Assembly: GCA_037446535.1 (NCBI GenBank)
Contig: JBBIIJ010000002.1
Span: 26,968-90,967, forward strand
Direction of reading: 5' to 3'
Source: Sideroxydans sp.
Lineage (GTDB): Bacteria; Pseudomonadota; Gammaproteobacteria; Burkholderiales; Gallionellaceae
Length of the DNA: 64,000 nt
The position numbers were made by a program, and so were the translations under genes. The number at the start of each line of letters is the position of its first letter. Positions within the stretch are counted from its first letter, which is position 1. Below are positions 36,055 through 51,616 of the stretch, one piece after another. The notes beneath the pieces were generated by a model, which was not told the origin of the DNA, made no database searches, and was given only the letters and a program-made list of their open reading frames with translations.

Positions 36055-38472
36055 TCAATGCTTGATTGCGGACGACGTATCCGGTTCCCCCCTCACCTGA
36101 GAAGTCGCCGGGCTCGACACGGCGCTTTCTGACAGCGGCTCAGGCTTGCGCTCCAGCGCCAGCTCCAGCACCTGCTCTATCCACTTGACCGGGTGGATGT
36201 CCAGCTTGTTCTTCACGTTATCCGGGATCTCTACCAGGTCCTTGACGTTCTCTTCGGGGATCAGCACCAGCTTGATCCCGCCGCGCTGGGCCGCCAACAG
36301 TTTCTCTTTCAGGCCGCCAATGGGCAGCACCTCGCCGCGCAGCGTGATCTCTCCCGTCATCGCCACGTCTGCGCGCACGGGGATACCCGTGAGCGCAGAC
36401 ACCATGGCGGTGCATATACCTATGCCGGCGCTCGGTCCGTCCTTGGGTGTCGCACCTTCCGGCAGGTGGATATGCAGGTCGCTCTTCTCATAGAAGCTGT
36501 CGACGATCCCCAGCGAGCCTGCGCGACTGCGCACCACGCTCAGCGCGGCCTGGATGGACTCCTGCATCACCTCCCCCAGCTTGCCGGTGGTCGTGGTCTT
36601 GCCCTTGCCCGGCAGTACAGCGGTCTCTATGGTCAGCAGCTCGCCACCCACCTCGGTCCAAGCCAGGCCGGTGACTTGACCGACCTGGTTGACCTTCTCG
36701 GCTATCCCATAGCTGTAGTGACGCACGCCAAGGTACTTGTCCAGATTGCGCGCGGTCACGACCACTTTGCGCTCGGAACCTTTGAGCAGCAAGGCCTTCA
36801 CCACCTTGCGGCAGATCTTCGACAGCTCGCGCTCCAGGCTACGCACCCCCGCTTCGCGCGTGTAGTAGCGCAGGATGTCGCGGATGGCGCTCTCCGAGAC
36901 ACTGATCTCCTCGGGCTTCAGGCCGTTGTTCTTGATCGCCTTGGGCAACAGATAGCGCGTGGCGATATTGACCTTCTCATCTTCCGTATAACTTGAGACA
37001 TGGATCACTTCCATGCGATCCAGCAACGGCGCCGGGATGTTCATGCTATTTGAGGTGGCGACAAACATCACGTCGGACAGGTCGTATTCGACCTCGACAT
37101 AATGGTCCACGAAGGTATGGTTCTGCTCGGGATCCAGCACTTCCAGCAGAGCCGACGAAGGATCGCCGCGGAAATCCATGCCCATCTTGTCCACTTCATC
37201 CAGGAGGAACAGCGGGTTCTTCACGCCGACCTTGCTCATGTTCTGGAGGATCTTGCCCGGCATGGAACCGATATAGGTTCGGCGATGGCCGCGTATCTCG
37301 GACTCGTCGCGCACGCCGCCCAGCGCCATGCGCACGAACTTTCGATTAGTGGCGCGCGCAATGGACTGCCCCAGCGAGGTCTTACCCACACCGGGGGGGC
37401 CGACCAGGCACAGGATGGGCGCCTTCATCTTGTCCACGCGCTGTTGCACCGCGAGATATTCCAGGATGCGCTCTTTCACCTTCTCCAGACCGTAGTGATC
37501 CGTCTCGAGCACCTCTTCGGCATGCTTCAAATCTGTATCGATCTTTGTCTTCTTCTTCCACGGCAGGCCGATGAGGACATCGATATAGTTGCGAACCACC
37601 GTCGCCTCCGCAGACATAGGCGACATGAGGCGCAGCTTCTTCAGTTCCGCCTCGGCCTTGGCTCGCGCCTCCTTGGGCATGTGAGCTGCCTTGATCTTCT
37701 TCTCGACCTCTTCGATGTCGGCGCCGTCTTCGCCCTCGCCCAGTTCCTTCTGGATCGCCTTGACCTGCTCGTTGAGGTAGTACTCGCGCTGGCTCTTCTC
37801 CATCTGGCGCTTGACGCGTCCACGGATGCGCTTCTCCACCTGCATGATGTCCAGCTCCGCTTCCAGCAAGCCGAGAAGGTGTTCGAGACGTTCGCGCACG
37901 TCGAAGATCTCCAGCACTTCCTGTTTCTGCTCCAACTTCAACGGCAGGTGGGCCGCGATGGTATCGGCCAGGCGGCCTGCATCGTCGATTCCCGCCAGCG
38001 AGGTCAGGATCTCTGGCGGGATCTTCTTGTTCAGCTTGACGTATTGGTCGAACTGGTTGATGAGGGCACGTCGCATCGCCTCCGCTTCGTGCCCGATGTT
38101 CTCGTCCACCGGCACGATCTCGATCTCGGCATCCAGATGTGTCTTGTCATCATGCACGTGCACGACTTTTGCGCGCTGCGTGCCTTCCACCAACACCTTC
38201 ACCGTGCCGTCCGGCAGCTTGAGCATCTGCAGGATATTGGCGATGCTACCGATGCGATAGATGTCCTCGGTCGCGGGCTCGTCCTTGGCCGCCGATTTCT
38301 GCGCCACTAGAACGATGCTCTTGCCTGCCTCCATCGCAGCTTCCAGGGCCTTGATGGATTTGGCGCGTCCGACGAACAGCGGTATCACCATATGGGGGAA
38401 TACCACCACATCGCGCAAGGGCAATAGAGGGAACAGGTCCACACCGGAAGGTATAGGGTCGAATTCGGACAT
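36055..38472 (-). CDS. lon: ATP-dependent Lon protease
   Basis: 805 aa. Walker [10 protein letters not shown] and the protease catalytic Ser in PKDGPSAG. Confidence 0.97.
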   Translation of the reverse strand: MSEFDPIPSGVDLFPLLPLRDVVVFPHMVIPLFVGRAKSIKALEAAMEAGKSIVLVAQKSAAKDEPATEDIYRIGSIANILQMLKLPDGTVKVLVEGTQRAKVVHVHDDKTHLDAEIEIVPVDENIGHEAEAMRRALINQFDQYVKLNKKIPPEILTSLAGIDDAGRLADTIAAHLPLKLEQKQEVLEIFDVRERLEHLLGLLEAELDIMQVEKRIRGRVKRQMEKSQREYYLNEQVKAIQKELGEGEDGADIEEVEKKIKAAHMPKEARAKAEAELKKLRLMSPMSAEATVVRNYIDVLIGLPWKKKTKIDTDLKHAEEVLETDHYGLEKVKERILEYLAVQQRVDKMKAPILCLVGPPGVGKTSLGQSIARATNRKFVRMALGGVRDESEIRGHRRTYIGSMPGKILQNMSKVGVKNPLFLLDEVDKMGMDFRGDPSSALLEVLDPEQNHTFVDHYVEVEYDLSDVMFVATSNSMNIPAPLLDRMEVIHVSSYTEDEKVNIATRYLLPKAIKNNGLKPEEISVSESAIRDILRYYTREAGVRSLERELSKICRKVVKALLLKGSERKVVVTARNLDKYLGVRHYSYGIAEKVNQVGQVTGLAWTEVGGELLTIETAVLPGKGKTTTTGKLGEVMQESIQAALSVVRSRAGSLGIVDSFYEKSDLHIHLPEGATPKDGPSAGIGICTAMVSALTGIPVRADVAMTGEITLRGEVLPIGGLKEKLLAAQRGGIKLVLIPEENVKDLVEIPDNVKNKLDIHPVKWIEQVLELALERKPEPLSESAVSSPATSQVRGEPDTSSAIKH

Positions 38473-38505
38473 GATCGTAGCTTTCGTTTAAGTGGGGACG
38501 AAATG

Positions 38506-38532
38506 GGGGCTTGAAAGAAGAATTCAAGCCCC
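38506..38532 (-). terminator. Stem-loop between clpX and lon (possible terminator or attenuator)
   Basis: 10-bp stem GGGGCTTGAA / TTCAAGCCCC with a 7-nt loop. The downstream T-tract on the minus strand is weak (CATTTCG). Confidence 0.45.
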
Positions 38533-38549
38533 GCCTACCAAGGCGGCTC

Positions 38550-39812
<1,263 letters not shown>

Positions 39813-39848
39813 CTTTGCTCCGAGAGACTCGGCAGCACACAGTAATCC

Positions 39849-40475
39849 TCAAATCCGCTTGTCCATCACGCAGTCGACCAGGCCGTATTCCATCGCCTCC
39901 TGGGCGGTCAGGAAGTTGTCGCGTTCGCTGTCGCGCGCGATTTCCTCCACCGAACGCCCGGTGTGCTGGGCCATCAGATTGTAGAGGCGCTCACGCAGGC
40001 TCAGGATGTACTTGGCATGGATCTCAATGTCGGACGCCTGTCCACGGAACCCTCCCAGCGGCTGGTGGATCATCACGGTGGAATTGGGCAAGGCGAAACG
40101 CTTGCCCTTCTCCCCCGCCTGCAGCAGGAACGCCCCCATGGACGCAGCCATGCCTATGCACAGCGTGGACACCTGCGGCTTGATGAATTGCATGGTGTCA
40201 TAGATCGCCATGCCCGCCGAGATGGAACCGCCTGGAGAGTTGATGTAGAAATGGATGTCCTTGTCCGGGTTCTCCGATTCCAGGAACAGCATCTGGGCGA
40301 CGATGAGGTTGGCGGTGTGGTCGTTGACCTCGCCCACCAGGAACACGATCCGCTCCTTGAGCAGGCGCGAATAGATGTCATAGGCACGCTCGCCGCGCCC
40401 GCTGCTCTCTACCACCATCGGAATCATGCCGATGTCCTGCGGCTCGATCAATTGCGAGGTGGTGCTTTGCATCAT
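39849..40475 (-). CDS. clpP: ATP-dependent Clp protease proteolytic subunit ClpP
   Basis: 208 aa with the catalytic Ser in [13 protein letters not shown] and His in MIHQPLGG. Confidence 0.97.
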   Translation of the reverse strand: MMQSTTSQLIEPQDIGMIPMVVESSGRGERAYDIYSRLLKERIVFLVGEVNDHTANLIVAQMLFLESENPDKDIHFYINSPGGSISAGMAIYDTMQFIKPQVSTLCIGMAASMGAFLLQAGEKGKRFALPNSTVMIHQPLGGFRGQASDIEIHAKYILSLRERLYNLMAQHTGRSVEEIARDSERDNFLTAQEAMEYGLVDCVMDKRI

Positions 40476-40477
40476 GT

Positions 40478-41779
40478 TCAGCTCCCCATCAGCTCATTCA
40501 GCTTGACCGGCTGGTCGGTCACTTTCGCGCCGGCCATCACCCAGGCCACCACGTTGTCCTCCAGCACCAGGTTCTCCACTTCGCGCAGGCGCGACGGATC
40601 GGCGTGGTACCACTGCTTCACCTGCTCCGGATGTTCGTAGCTCTGCGCATACTCCTGGATCAGCGCCTCCACCTGCTCCGGCTTGGCAGCCAAGTCCTGC
40701 TTCTTGACCAGCTCGGCCAGGATCAGGCCCAGCTTGACGCGCTTCTCGGCGCGCTCGACGAACATCTCTGCGGGCAGCTTCATGCCCTTGGGTATCCTCA
40801 TGCCACGCGCCTGCATGTCGTGCATGGTCTGCTCCATCAGACGCTGTGATTCGTTTTCCAGCAGCGACTTCGGCACTTCCAGTTGTGCGACCTTGAGCAG
40901 CGCATCCATCGCGCTGTCCTTGTTGCGCACCTTCACACGACGCTGCGCCTCGCGGCCGATGTTGTCACGTATGTCCTGCTTGAGCTTGGCCACGTCACCA
41001 TCCGCCACGCCCAGTCCCTTGGCGAACGCCGCGTCCACTTCCGGCAGCTGCGGCGCTTCCACGCTGTGCGCCGTGATGGTGAACGTTACCTGCTTACCCG
41101 CCACGTCCTTGCCGTGATAGTCCTCGGGGAAGGTCATGTCGAAGGACTTGGTCTCGCCCGCCTTGACGCCGACGATGGCATCTTCAAAGGCAGGCAACAT
41201 ACGCCCTGCGCCAGGCACCACGGTGAAGTCCTTGGCCTCGCCCCCTTCGAACTTGGCGCCGTTCAGCGTGCCGACGAAGTCGATGCGCACCTGATCGTCC
41301 TTCTGAGCCGCGCGGTCCACCTTCTTGAATTCGGCGCGCTGTTTGCGCAGGTTGGCGATGGTGTCTTCCACGTCCGTGTCGCTCAGGGTGAACGTCGCAC
41401 GTGTGACGCTCTCGCCGCCTATGTCGCCGATCGCCACTTCGGGATAGACCTCGAAGGTGGCGCTGTATTCGATCTGGGGTGCGTTCAGGTCGGTCGTCTT
41501 GAGCTCGAAGTGCGGATAGCCAGCCACCTGCAGCTTGCTGGCGACAGCAGCTTCGGCGAAAGAGCGCTGCAGGCTGTCCCCGAGCACTTCCTGCTCGACG
41601 GAAGCGCCGTATTGCTGCTCCAGGATCTTGAACGGCACCTTGCCCGGACGGAATCCGTGCACCTTCGCCGTGCGCCCCAGGCGCTTGAGGCGACTCTCAA
41701 CCTCGCCGCGGATCTGTTGCTGAGGAATGGATGCATTCAAACGACGCTGCAATCCGCCCAGGGTTTCTACATTTGACAT
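40478..41779 (-). CDS. tig: Trigger factor
   Basis: 433 aa from ATG 41779 ([19 protein letters not shown]). Ribosome-binging-type signature GFRPGKVP and an FKBP-type PPIase domain. Precedes clpP as in most bacteria. Confidence 0.95.
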   Translation of the reverse strand: MSNVETLGGLQRRLNASIPQQQIRGEVESRLKRLGRTAKVHGFRPGKVPFKILEQQYGASVEQEVLGDSLQRSFAEAAVASKLQVAGYPHFELKTTDLNAPQIEYSATFEVYPEVAIGDIGGESVTRATFTLSDTDVEDTIANLRKQRAEFKKVDRAAQKDDQVRIDFVGTLNGAKFEGGEAKDFTVVPGAGRMLPAFEDAIVGVKAGETKSFDMTFPEDYHGKDVAGKQVTFTITAHSVEAPQLPEVDAAFAKGLGVADGDVAKLKQDIRDNIGREAQRRVKVRNKDSAMDALLKVAQLEVPKSLLENESQRLMEQTMHDMQARGMRIPKGMKLPAEMFVERAEKRVKLGLILAELVKKQDLAAKPEQVEALIQEYAQSYEHPEQVKQWYHADPSRLREVENLVLEDNVVAWVMAGAKVTDQPVKLNELMGS

Positions 41780-41873
41780 ACTGACACTTCCTTCGATTAG
41801 GGTACTGTGAGAAAAAACGCACCGCGCATGATACATGAAAGCGGGCCGGAAGGCCCGTCCCTGCCCCGCCGCC

Positions 41874-44378
<2,505 letters not shown>

Positions 44379-44440
44379 TTTGACCCCCTCTGAATTTTGA
44401 TTTCGCCGGCGCGCCCATTCTACCAAACGCCGGCAAGGCG

Positions 44441-45376
44441 TCAGGCGCGGAACCGAACAGAACTTTCTGACAACATCGCAGCGCCTATGATCCCCGCCTG
44501 GTCCTGAGCCTGGGAGATGCGCACCCGCACCCTGCCGCGCAGCGCCGGGATCAGGTCGCATCGCAACCGCTGCTCGAAAGCCGGGTGCAGCAAGGGCCAG
44601 GAGGCGCTCATCCCGCCGCCTATCACCACCTCTTCCACATCGACCACCTTGGCGATGTGCGCCAGCGCACCTGCCAGATGCTCCCCGGCCAACGCAAAGG
44701 CTTTTGTCGCCGCACCATCCCCCTGAGCCGCCAGCCCCGCGAGATCGAACGCGGAACGCGTGATGCCGGTCGTCTCGAGATAGCTCTGTACCACACCGTT
44801 GGTCGAAGCGTACTGCTCCAGACAGCCGCGGTTGCCGCAGCCGCAGAGGCGACCGCCCGGCTCGACGATCAGATGGCCGACCTCCATTGCCACACCGTGC
44901 GCGCCGCCGTGCAGCCTGCCGTTCAACACCAGACCGCCGCCCACGCCGGTACCAAGACCAAGATAGACCAGATCGCCTACCTTGCCTCCAATTACGAACT
45001 CACCCCAGGCGGCGGCCGAGGCGTCGTTCTCCAGCACCACGGGCAGGCGACAACGCGACTCCAGGGGGCGGACGATGTCGGCATCCAGCAACCCAGGCAG
45101 GTTGGGCGACGAGAGCAGATGCCGCGAGACTGGATCGATGAAGCCGGGGAAGCCCACACCGGCAGCTTCGACCGCAGGATGTGCTGCCTGCGCCTCCGCG
45201 ATGGCATCGCCCAATATCGACAGTATGGCGTGCAGCACCTCTGCCGGCGGCAGCGTACGGCACAGGTGGGCGAAATCCGCCTGGAAGCGCTTCTCCCATA
45301 CTACGTGCAGCCCCTGTACCACGCCGATGCGGAAGTTGGTGCCGCCTACATCGATGCCGATCCAGGATGCAGACAT
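44441..45376 (-). CDS. ROK-family sugar kinase (probable glucokinase)
   Basis: N-terminal ATP-binding IGIDVGGTNFRIG and the ROK zinc motif CGCGNRGCLEQYAS. Confidence 0.8.
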   Translation of the reverse strand: MSASWIGIDVGGTNFRIGVVQGLHVVWEKRFQADFAHLCRTLPPAEVLHAILSILGDAIAEAQAAHPAVEAAGVGFPGFIDPVSRHLLSSPNLPGLLDADIVRPLESRCRLPVVLENDASAAAWGEFVIGGKVGDLVYLGLGTGVGGGLVLNGRLHGGAHGVAMEVGHLIVEPGGRLCGCGNRGCLEQYASTNGVVQSYLETTGITRSAFDLAGLAAQGDGAATKAFALAGEHLAGALAHIAKVVDVEEVVIGGGMSASWPLLHPAFEQRLRCDLIPALRGRVRVRISQAQDQAGIIGAAMLSESSVRFRA

Positions 45377-45385
45377 GCGCCGACC

Positions 45386-47137
45386 TCAAACCCCGTCGGA
45401 GCGGCGCATGGTCCCGCCCGCAGCGGGCTCACCGCGGCCGACGCTGATCGTGTGCTGCAGGTCGACCGGCGGGGGCAGCTTGAGCAGGCGATACAGGTTG
45501 GACAGGTTGCTCCGGAACAGCTGATCGAAGGACGACACGCTCTGCACAGAGTTGTAGTCGCCGAACCACCAGAACCAGTCCGAACCTTCGCAATCGGCCA
45601 GCTGCTCGGTCGCCAGGCGCATCTCCTCTGCACTCAGGCGTCCGCTGTTCATCACGATGTCATAACTGCGTTTGGCCTCGCACAACAAGTCCCAGCCGCG
45701 GTTCTTGTCGGGCGAACCGATCCAGGTGCTGAAGGTGCCGTACACCCAGCTGCCCGCAACGAGGTGCTGCAGCCTGCCTACAGGGGTCTTTTCATCACCG
45801 GTCTCTATCTTCTGCACACATTCGTCGAAAGTGGCCGTCCTGATGAAAGGATGGCCCTCCAGCCTCGCATACAGCTCAGACAGGAAGTAATAGGCGTTGT
45901 ACGGGTAATACTCCCACGCGTTCTCGCCATCGAGGATGACCGACACCACAGGCTCGTGCTCGCCGTGGGCCTGTCGCCCTATCTCTTCCAGCTGTTGGAT
46001 GAAGTCGGCCGCTGCATCGTCTCCGCGCCACTTCGCGTACTCGAAGCCTATGCGATCCGAAAGGTGGTCGTCGCGGAAGAAGCAGTACACCCGTTTGTCC
46101 ACACCTTCCACGAGATAAGGCTTGTACAGATAGGAAGACTTGTCCGGCAGCCCATGATCCTTCGCCTCGCGGCGCAGGCTGTGCGCCAGCACGGCTTGCC
46201 CGGTCGCCGTCCAACGGCAGCCGCACTCTCCCAGCAGCTTCAGGGCGGGGCCGGACACGCTGCCCTCGGAAGGCCACATGCCCTTGGGCTCCACGCCGAA
46301 GTTGCGCCGGTGGCTCTCCACCGCCCGGGCAAGGTGAGCCTGCGACCGGCGCGTGCCGCCGGGGTAATAGCGCGCCTGAGGCAAAGGGACGTTGGGTTCA
46401 CTCTCGCGCGCTGCATTGAAGTCAAGCAGCAAGGGTAGTATGGGATGGTTGTAGGGCGTGGTCGACAGCTCCACCTGCCCCCGCTCGGCCAGCTTGCGAT
46501 AGCGCGGCAGTATGCCGCCTATCAATTCCCCGATCAGGCTGAAGAGCTCCCTGCGCTCGGCGTAGGTGAACTGACTGCCCTTGGTCATCAGGCGCGCCAC
46601 GACCTCCTTCTCGCGCCGCACACTCTCGCCCATCCACACCAGGTGGTACCAGACCAGCAGGTCGGCAAGGTACTGGCCGGATAGATAGTTGACCGTCTCA
46701 CGCCCCCTCCCCTCCACCATCTTCCGCAGATCGTACAGGTGCTGGTAGGCGCGGTAGGGTTGCAGCATCTTGGTGTGATCGCCCTTGAAGCAGCTGTCCA
46801 GGATATGCAGGCGCAGCGCCTCCTCCAGGTCATCCAGGTGCTCCCTGCACAGCATGTTGAGCAGGCTGTCGCGCATCTGGCCCGATACGAACTGCTGCTC
46901 ATAGTCCTGCAGCTGCTCCACCAGGATGGGCACGAAGTTCACCACCGCCTTGGCGTGCGGGTGCTGCTCCAGATGGTAGGCCATGTCGGTGTAATCCTTC
47001 ATGGCATGCAGATAGGTCCAGGGCAAGACGAATTCGCCGGTGAGGTAGTTGCGGTAGTCCGGCTGGTGCATGTGCCAGCACAGGATCAGCCTCAGCTTCT
47101 TTTCCGGATGCTTCTTCGCGTGCTCTCGATGCGGCAT
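45386..47137 (-). CDS. Glycoside hydrolase family 57 protein
   Basis: 583 aa. N-terminal LILCWHMHQPDYRN (GH57 conserved region I, HQP), plus GWDLL and WFWWFGD motifs common in GH57 enzymes. Confidence 0.8.
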   Translation of the reverse strand: MPHREHAKKHPEKKLRLILCWHMHQPDYRNYLTGEFVLPWTYLHAMKDYTDMAYHLEQHPHAKAVVNFVPILVEQLQDYEQQFVSGQMRDSLLNMLCREHLDDLEEALRLHILDSCFKGDHTKMLQPYRAYQHLYDLRKMVEGRGRETVNYLSGQYLADLLVWYHLVWMGESVRREKEVVARLMTKGSQFTYAERRELFSLIGELIGGILPRYRKLAERGQVELSTTPYNHPILPLLLDFNAARESEPNVPLPQARYYPGGTRRSQAHLARAVESHRRNFGVEPKGMWPSEGSVSGPALKLLGECGCRWTATGQAVLAHSLRREAKDHGLPDKSSYLYKPYLVEGVDKRVYCFFRDDHLSDRIGFEYAKWRGDDAAADFIQQLEEIGRQAHGEHEPVVSVILDGENAWEYYPYNAYYFLSELYARLEGHPFIRTATFDECVQKIETGDEKTPVGRLQHLVAGSWVYGTFSTWIGSPDKNRGWDLLCEAKRSYDIVMNSGRLSAEEMRLATEQLADCEGSDWFWWFGDYNSVQSVSSFDQLFRSNLSNLYRLLKLPPPVDLQHTISVGRGEPAAGGTMRRSDGV

Positions 47138-47147
47138 GGTTCTCGGC

Positions 47148-48431
47148 CTAACGGACGTTGTGGATCGACTGTCCCAGCATGTCGGGCGTCACCAGCGTGA
47201 TCCCACCCTTGGACACATGGAACCGCCTAGCATCCTCCTCGCGGTTGTAGCCTATCTGCATGCCATCCGGGATCTCGCAGTCGTTGTCCAGCACCACGCG
47301 TTTGAGCTTCACCTCCTCGCCTATGCGGCACCCGGACAGGATGACCGAATCGGTGATGTCGCTGCGACACCCCACACGGACGTCCGAGAACAGCAAGGAA
47401 TGGTGCACCCTGGCGCCGCTGATGATGCAGCCACCGGATACCATCGAATCTATGGCTACGCCGCGCCTTCCTTCGTCGTTGAAGACAAACTTGGCCGGGG
47501 GTAGTTGCTCCTGATAGGTCCAGATCGGCCAGTGCTTGTCGTAGAGGTCGAGGTCAGGAACCACGCTGACCATCTCCATGTTGGCTTCCCAGTAGGCGTC
47601 GATGGTCCCTACGTCGCGCCAGTAGGCATGGCCCTCGCCAGACATCCCCACGCAGCTCTTCTCGAAGCGGTGCGCAAACACGCGGTAGCGCTCGATGAGA
47701 TAGGGGATGATGTCGTGTCCGAAATCGTGCGAGGAGGACTTGGTATCGGCATCGCGCACCAGTTGTTCGTACAGGAACTTGGCGTTGAACACATATAGGC
47801 CCATGCTGGCCAGGGACCTGCCCGGTTTGCCAGGGATCTCCGCGGGATGCGTGGGCTTCTCCGCAAACTTGACGATGCGATCCTCCTCGTCCACCTTCAT
47901 CACGCCGAAGCTGGAAGCGTCCGCGACCGGCACTTCTATGCAGCCCACCGTCATATCGGCCTCGCAGCGCACATGCGCTGCCAGCATCTCGCCGTAGTCC
48001 ATCTTGTAGATGTGATCGCCGGCCAGGATGACGATGTATTCGGGGTTGTAGCCGCGCAGGATGTCTATGTTCTGGAACACGGCGTCCGCTGTCCCGCGAT
48101 ACCACTCCTCCTGGATGCGCTGCTGCGCGGGCAGGAGGGCTACGAACTCGTTGAACTCGCCGCGCAGGAAACCCCAGCCCTTCTGGATGTGTTCGATCAG
48201 CGTGTGCGCCTTGTACTGCGTGATCACGCCTATGCGGCGGATGCCTGAGTTGATGCAGTTGGAGAGGGGAAAATCGATGATGCGGAACTTGCCGCCGAAC
48301 TGCACGGCAGGCTTGGCGTTCCAGTCCGTCATGTTGTGCAGGCGGCTGCCCCTGCCACCGGCCAGGACCAGGGCTACCGTGTTCTTGGTCAGCGCACTGA
48401 TGAAACGTGGTGAATGCATGTCTTGCGCCAT
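47148..48431 (-). CDS. glgC: Glucose-1-phosphate adenylyltransferase
   Basis: [28 protein letters not shown] and WYRGTADAV motifs. Confidence 0.95.
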   Translation of the reverse strand: MAQDMHSPRFISALTKNTVALVLAGGRGSRLHNMTDWNAKPAVQFGGKFRIIDFPLSNCINSGIRRIGVITQYKAHTLIEHIQKGWGFLRGEFNEFVALLPAQQRIQEEWYRGTADAVFQNIDILRGYNPEYIVILAGDHIYKMDYGEMLAAHVRCEADMTVGCIEVPVADASSFGVMKVDEEDRIVKFAEKPTHPAEIPGKPGRSLASMGLYVFNAKFLYEQLVRDADTKSSSHDFGHDIIPYLIERYRVFAHRFEKSCVGMSGEGHAYWRDVGTIDAYWEANMEMVSVVPDLDLYDKHWPIWTYQEQLPPAKFVFNDEGRRGVAIDSMVSGGCIISGARVHHSLLFSDVRVGCRSDITDSVILSGCRIGEEVKLKRVVLDNDCEIPDGMQIGYNREEDARRFHVSKGGITLVTPDMLGQSIHNVR

Positions 48432-48452
48432 GTTGCCCCCTGTCGTTCTACA

Positions 48453-49904
48453 TCATCGTTTGCCCTGCTTGCCCAGTATAGTGCCGTAAAGATCGAGGTA
48501 AAGCTGTGCGCTGTGCCGCCAACCCATGTCGCGGCGCATGCCGTTGAGCTGGATGCGGCGGAACATGCGCGGATCGCGATAGCACTCGATCGCCCAGCGT
48601 ATGGTCTGCTGCAATATGGAGGCGCTCGCCTCGTCGAACATGAACCCCGTGCCGCTCTCCAGGCTCGCGCTGACCACGGAGTCGGCCAGGCCCCCCGTCT
48701 TGCGCACCACAGGCGGTGTACCGTAGCGCATGCCGTACATCTGATTGAGTCCGCAGGGCTCGAAGCGTGAAGGCATGAGGAAGATGTCCACGCCGGCCAT
48801 GATCTGGTGCGACAGCGCCTCGTCGAACCCTATGGTGACCGAGACGCGCCCCCCATGACGCAGGGCCAGCTGCTGATAGCGCCGCTCCAGCTCGGCCTCG
48901 CCGCTGCCCAGCACGACCAGCTGCGCGCCGCTTTCCAGCAAGGTGGGCAGGCATTCGATGAGCAGGTCCAGCCCTTTCTGGTAGGTCAGGCGGCTGACCA
49001 CCCCGAGCAGGGGGGCGAGCTCGTTCACCTCCAGCCCAAGGCGCTTCTGCAGTGCCAGCTTGCCCCGCGTCTTGAGCGACAGGTCGTGCTCGTCGTAGCG
49101 CACCTCAAGATGCTCGTCGGTCGCCGGGTCCCACTCGCCCTCGTCTATGCCGTTGAGGATACCGCTGACGTCGGCCTTGCGCGCGGTGAGCAGACCCTGC
49201 ATGCCATAGCCCATGTCGGTTGCCTGTATCTCGTGAGCATAGGTCGGGCTGACCGTCACGATGCGGTCCGCGTAGTGCAGCCCCGCCTTGAGGAAGGACA
49301 GGTTGCCATGGAACTCGACGCCATGCATGTCGAACACGTGCTGCGGCAGATGAAGCGGCTTCAGCCAGTCGCGGTCGAAATTGCCCTGGAAGGCGATGTT
49401 GTGCACGGCCATCACGCTCCTGGCATGAGGCCGCGTATCCAGGCGCAGGTACGCAGGTGCGAGTCCGGTCTGCCAGTCGTTGCAGTGCACCAGCTCCGCC
49501 TGCCAAGCCACGGGCGTGTCGGCGCTGCCCAGCAGGGCCGCGACCTTCGACAGCATGCCGAAACGCATGGGGTTGTCCGGCCAGTCTCCGCCCAGGTGAT
49601 AGTGATAAGGCCCCGCGACGCGGCAGAAATATTGCGGTGCATCCAGCACATACACGGGCACGTCGGTGTTGGGCATCCTGGCGCTCAGCAGCCTCACCTC
49701 GGGCTGATCGGGGAACACTGAGAAGGTGGCCACTGTGCGCTTGTCGCCCAAGCCCTCCAGCACCGGGATATAACCCGGCACCAGGAGGCGTACATCCTGC
49801 CCAAGCTCCTGCAGCGCCGCGGGAAGGGAAGCGCTGACATCCGCCAGCCCTCCGGTCTTGATCAGCGGGTGGACTTCTGAGGTCGCGAACAGGATGCGTG
49901 TCAT
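48453..49904 (-). CDS. glgA: Glycogen synthase (ADP-glucose type)
   Basis: [23 protein letters not shown] (KTGGL motif) and C-terminal [13 protein letters not shown]. Confidence 0.95.
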   Translation of the reverse strand: MTRILFATSEVHPLIKTGGLADVSASLPAALQELGQDVRLLVPGYIPVLEGLGDKRTVATFSVFPDQPEVRLLSARMPNTDVPVYVLDAPQYFCRVAGPYHYHLGGDWPDNPMRFGMLSKVAALLGSADTPVAWQAELVHCNDWQTGLAPAYLRLDTRPHARSVMAVHNIAFQGNFDRDWLKPLHLPQHVFDMHGVEFHGNLSFLKAGLHYADRIVTVSPTYAHEIQATDMGYGMQGLLTARKADVSGILNGIDEGEWDPATDEHLEVRYDEHDLSLKTRGKLALQKRLGLEVNELAPLLGVVSRLTYQKGLDLLIECLPTLLESGAQLVVLGSGEAELERRYQQLALRHGGRVSVTIGFDEALSHQIMAGVDIFLMPSRFEPCGLNQMYGMRYGTPPVVRKTGGLADSVVSASLESGTGFMFDEASASILQQTIRWAIECYRDPRMFRRIQLNGMRRDMGWRHSAQLYLDLYGTILGKQGKR

Positions 49905-51559
49905 GGTGCCTTGGACAGGGATTTGTAGTAATTGATCAGGCCGTTGGTCGAAGAATCATGGGCAGAGACCGGCAAGTCGCCGCGCAGCTCGGACTGAATA
50001 TTTGCCGCCAGCTGTTTGCCCAGCTCCACCCCCCATTGGTCGTACGGATTCACGTTCCAGATCATGCCCTGCACGAAGATCTTGTGCTCGTACATGGCGA
50101 TGAGCCGGCCCAGGGTGCGCGGTGTGAGTTGATCAAACAGGATGGAATTGGTGGGCTTGTTGCCCTCGAACACCTTGTGCGGCAGCAGCGCCTCGATGGC
50201 CGCAGCATCCATGCCGCTGCCCTGCAGTTCGGCGCGCACTTCATCCTCCGTCTTGCCCTTCATCAACGCCTCGGTCTGCGCGAAGAAATAGGAGAGCAGG
50301 ACCAGATGATGCTCGCCCCAGGTGTGGTAGCTGCGCACCGCGGCGATGAAATCGGCGGGGATGATCTGCGTCCCCTGGTGTATGAGCTGGTAGTAGGCAT
50401 GCTGCCCGTTCGAACCTATCCCGCCCCACAGTACCGGCCCGGTGGCGTAGTCCACCACACGTCCCGCACGATCCACGCGCTTGCCGTTGCTCTCCATGTC
50501 GGCCTGCTGCATGTAGGCTGCCAAGTGCTCCAGCGACTGGTCGTAAGGCAATATGGCGACGGTCGAAGCCTCGAAGAAGTTGCGATACCAGATGCCGATC
50601 AGCGCCAGGATGACGGGTATGTTCTGTTCAAGCGGCGCCGTGCGGAAATGCGTGTCCATGTCATAGGCACCGCGCAGCAGCTCCTCGAACCTGTCCATCC
50701 CCACATACAAGGCGATGGACAGACCGATGGAAGACCACAGCGAATAGCGGCCGCCCACCCAGTCGGAGAACTCGAACATGTTCGCAGGATCGATGCCGAA
50801 TGCCGCCACCGCCTGAGCATTGGTGGACAGCGCCACGAAATGCTTGGCCACGTGCCCATCGTCACCCGCCTTGCGCAGTAGCCAATCGCGCGCCGAGCGC
50901 GCGTTCATCAGGGTCTCCTGCGTGGTGAAGGTCTTGGAGGCGACGATGAACAGCGTAGTCTCCGGATCCAGCGTCTCCAGCTTGATGTCCAGGTCTGCGC
51001 CATCCACGTTGGACACGAAATGCACGCGCAACGCCTGGGTGGAAAAGGGATGCAATGCATCGCACACCATCAGCGGGCCGAGATAAGAGCCGCCTATGCC
51101 TATGTTCACCACATCGCTGATCGCCTTGCCGGTATAGCCGCGCCATGAGCCGTTGCGCACACTGTCCGAGAACACGCGCATCTTCTGCAGCACCTGACGC
51201 ACCCCTGGCAGCACATCCTTCCCGTCCACCCGTATGGGGGCGTGGGCCGGATCGACTGCCGCGCGCAGGGCGGCGTGCAGCACTGCGCGCCCCTCGGTGA
51301 AGTTGATCTTCTCGCCGCCGAACATCTGGTCGCGCCAGCTCTCCACCTTGGCTTGGCGCGCCAAATCGAACAGCAATGACATGGTCTCCTGCGTGATGAG
51401 GTTCTTGGAGTAGTCGAGCAGGAAATCGTCCAGACGCACCGAGAAACGCTCGAAGCGCCCGGGGTCGGCGTCAAAAGCCTGGCGTAGCGAGAACTTCCCT
51501 ATGGATTGGTGATGTTGTTGCAGAGCAAGCCATGCCGTAGAGCGTGTCAACTGGGTCAT
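49901..51559 (-). CDS. pgi: Glucose-6-phosphate isomerase
   Basis: 552 aa with [10 protein letters not shown] and the PGI signatures. Its stop overlaps the glgA start (ATGA). Confidence 0.95.
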   Translation of the reverse strand: MTQLTRSTAWLALQQHHQSIGKFSLRQAFDADPGRFERFSVRLDDFLLDYSKNLITQETMSLLFDLARQAKVESWRDQMFGGEKINFTEGRAVLHAALRAAVDPAHAPIRVDGKDVLPGVRQVLQKMRVFSDSVRNGSWRGYTGKAISDVVNIGIGGSYLGPLMVCDALHPFSTQALRVHFVSNVDGADLDIKLETLDPETTLFIVASKTFTTQETLMNARSARDWLLRKAGDDGHVAKHFVALSTNAQAVAAFGIDPANMFEFSDWVGGRYSLWSSIGLSIALYVGMDRFEELLRGAYDMDTHFRTAPLEQNIPVILALIGIWYRNFFEASTVAILPYDQSLEHLAAYMQQADMESNGKRVDRAGRVVDYATGPVLWGGIGSNGQHAYYQLIHQGTQIIPADFIAAVRSYHTWGEHHLVLLSYFFAQTEALMKGKTEDEVRAELQGSGMDAAAIEALLPHKVFEGNKPTNSILFDQLTPRTLGRLIAMYEHKIFVQGMIWNVNPYDQWGVELGKQLAANIQSELRGDLPVSAHDSSTNGLINYYKSLSKAP

Positions 51560-51616
51560 AAGGGACCTATATGGACCTGATATTGATGATGGTTTGGTAC
51601 GAAAACTTCGGGGAAA

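Noticed and set aside
44585-46438. A 617-aa plus-strand ORF, and similar long antisense ORFs (27843-29603, 37102-38310, 36193-36996, 52454-53641, 49898-50881, 34471-35604, 33460-34410, 18426-19631 minus, 19330-20250 minus, 10103-11095 minus)
   Set aside because: Each lies opposite a confidently identified gene (ROK kinase/GH57, ccmF, lon, glgB, pgi, ppiD, comEC, the aminotransferase, the S9 peptidase). Each has the Arg/His/Gly/Ala-rich composition typical of GC-rich shadow frames.
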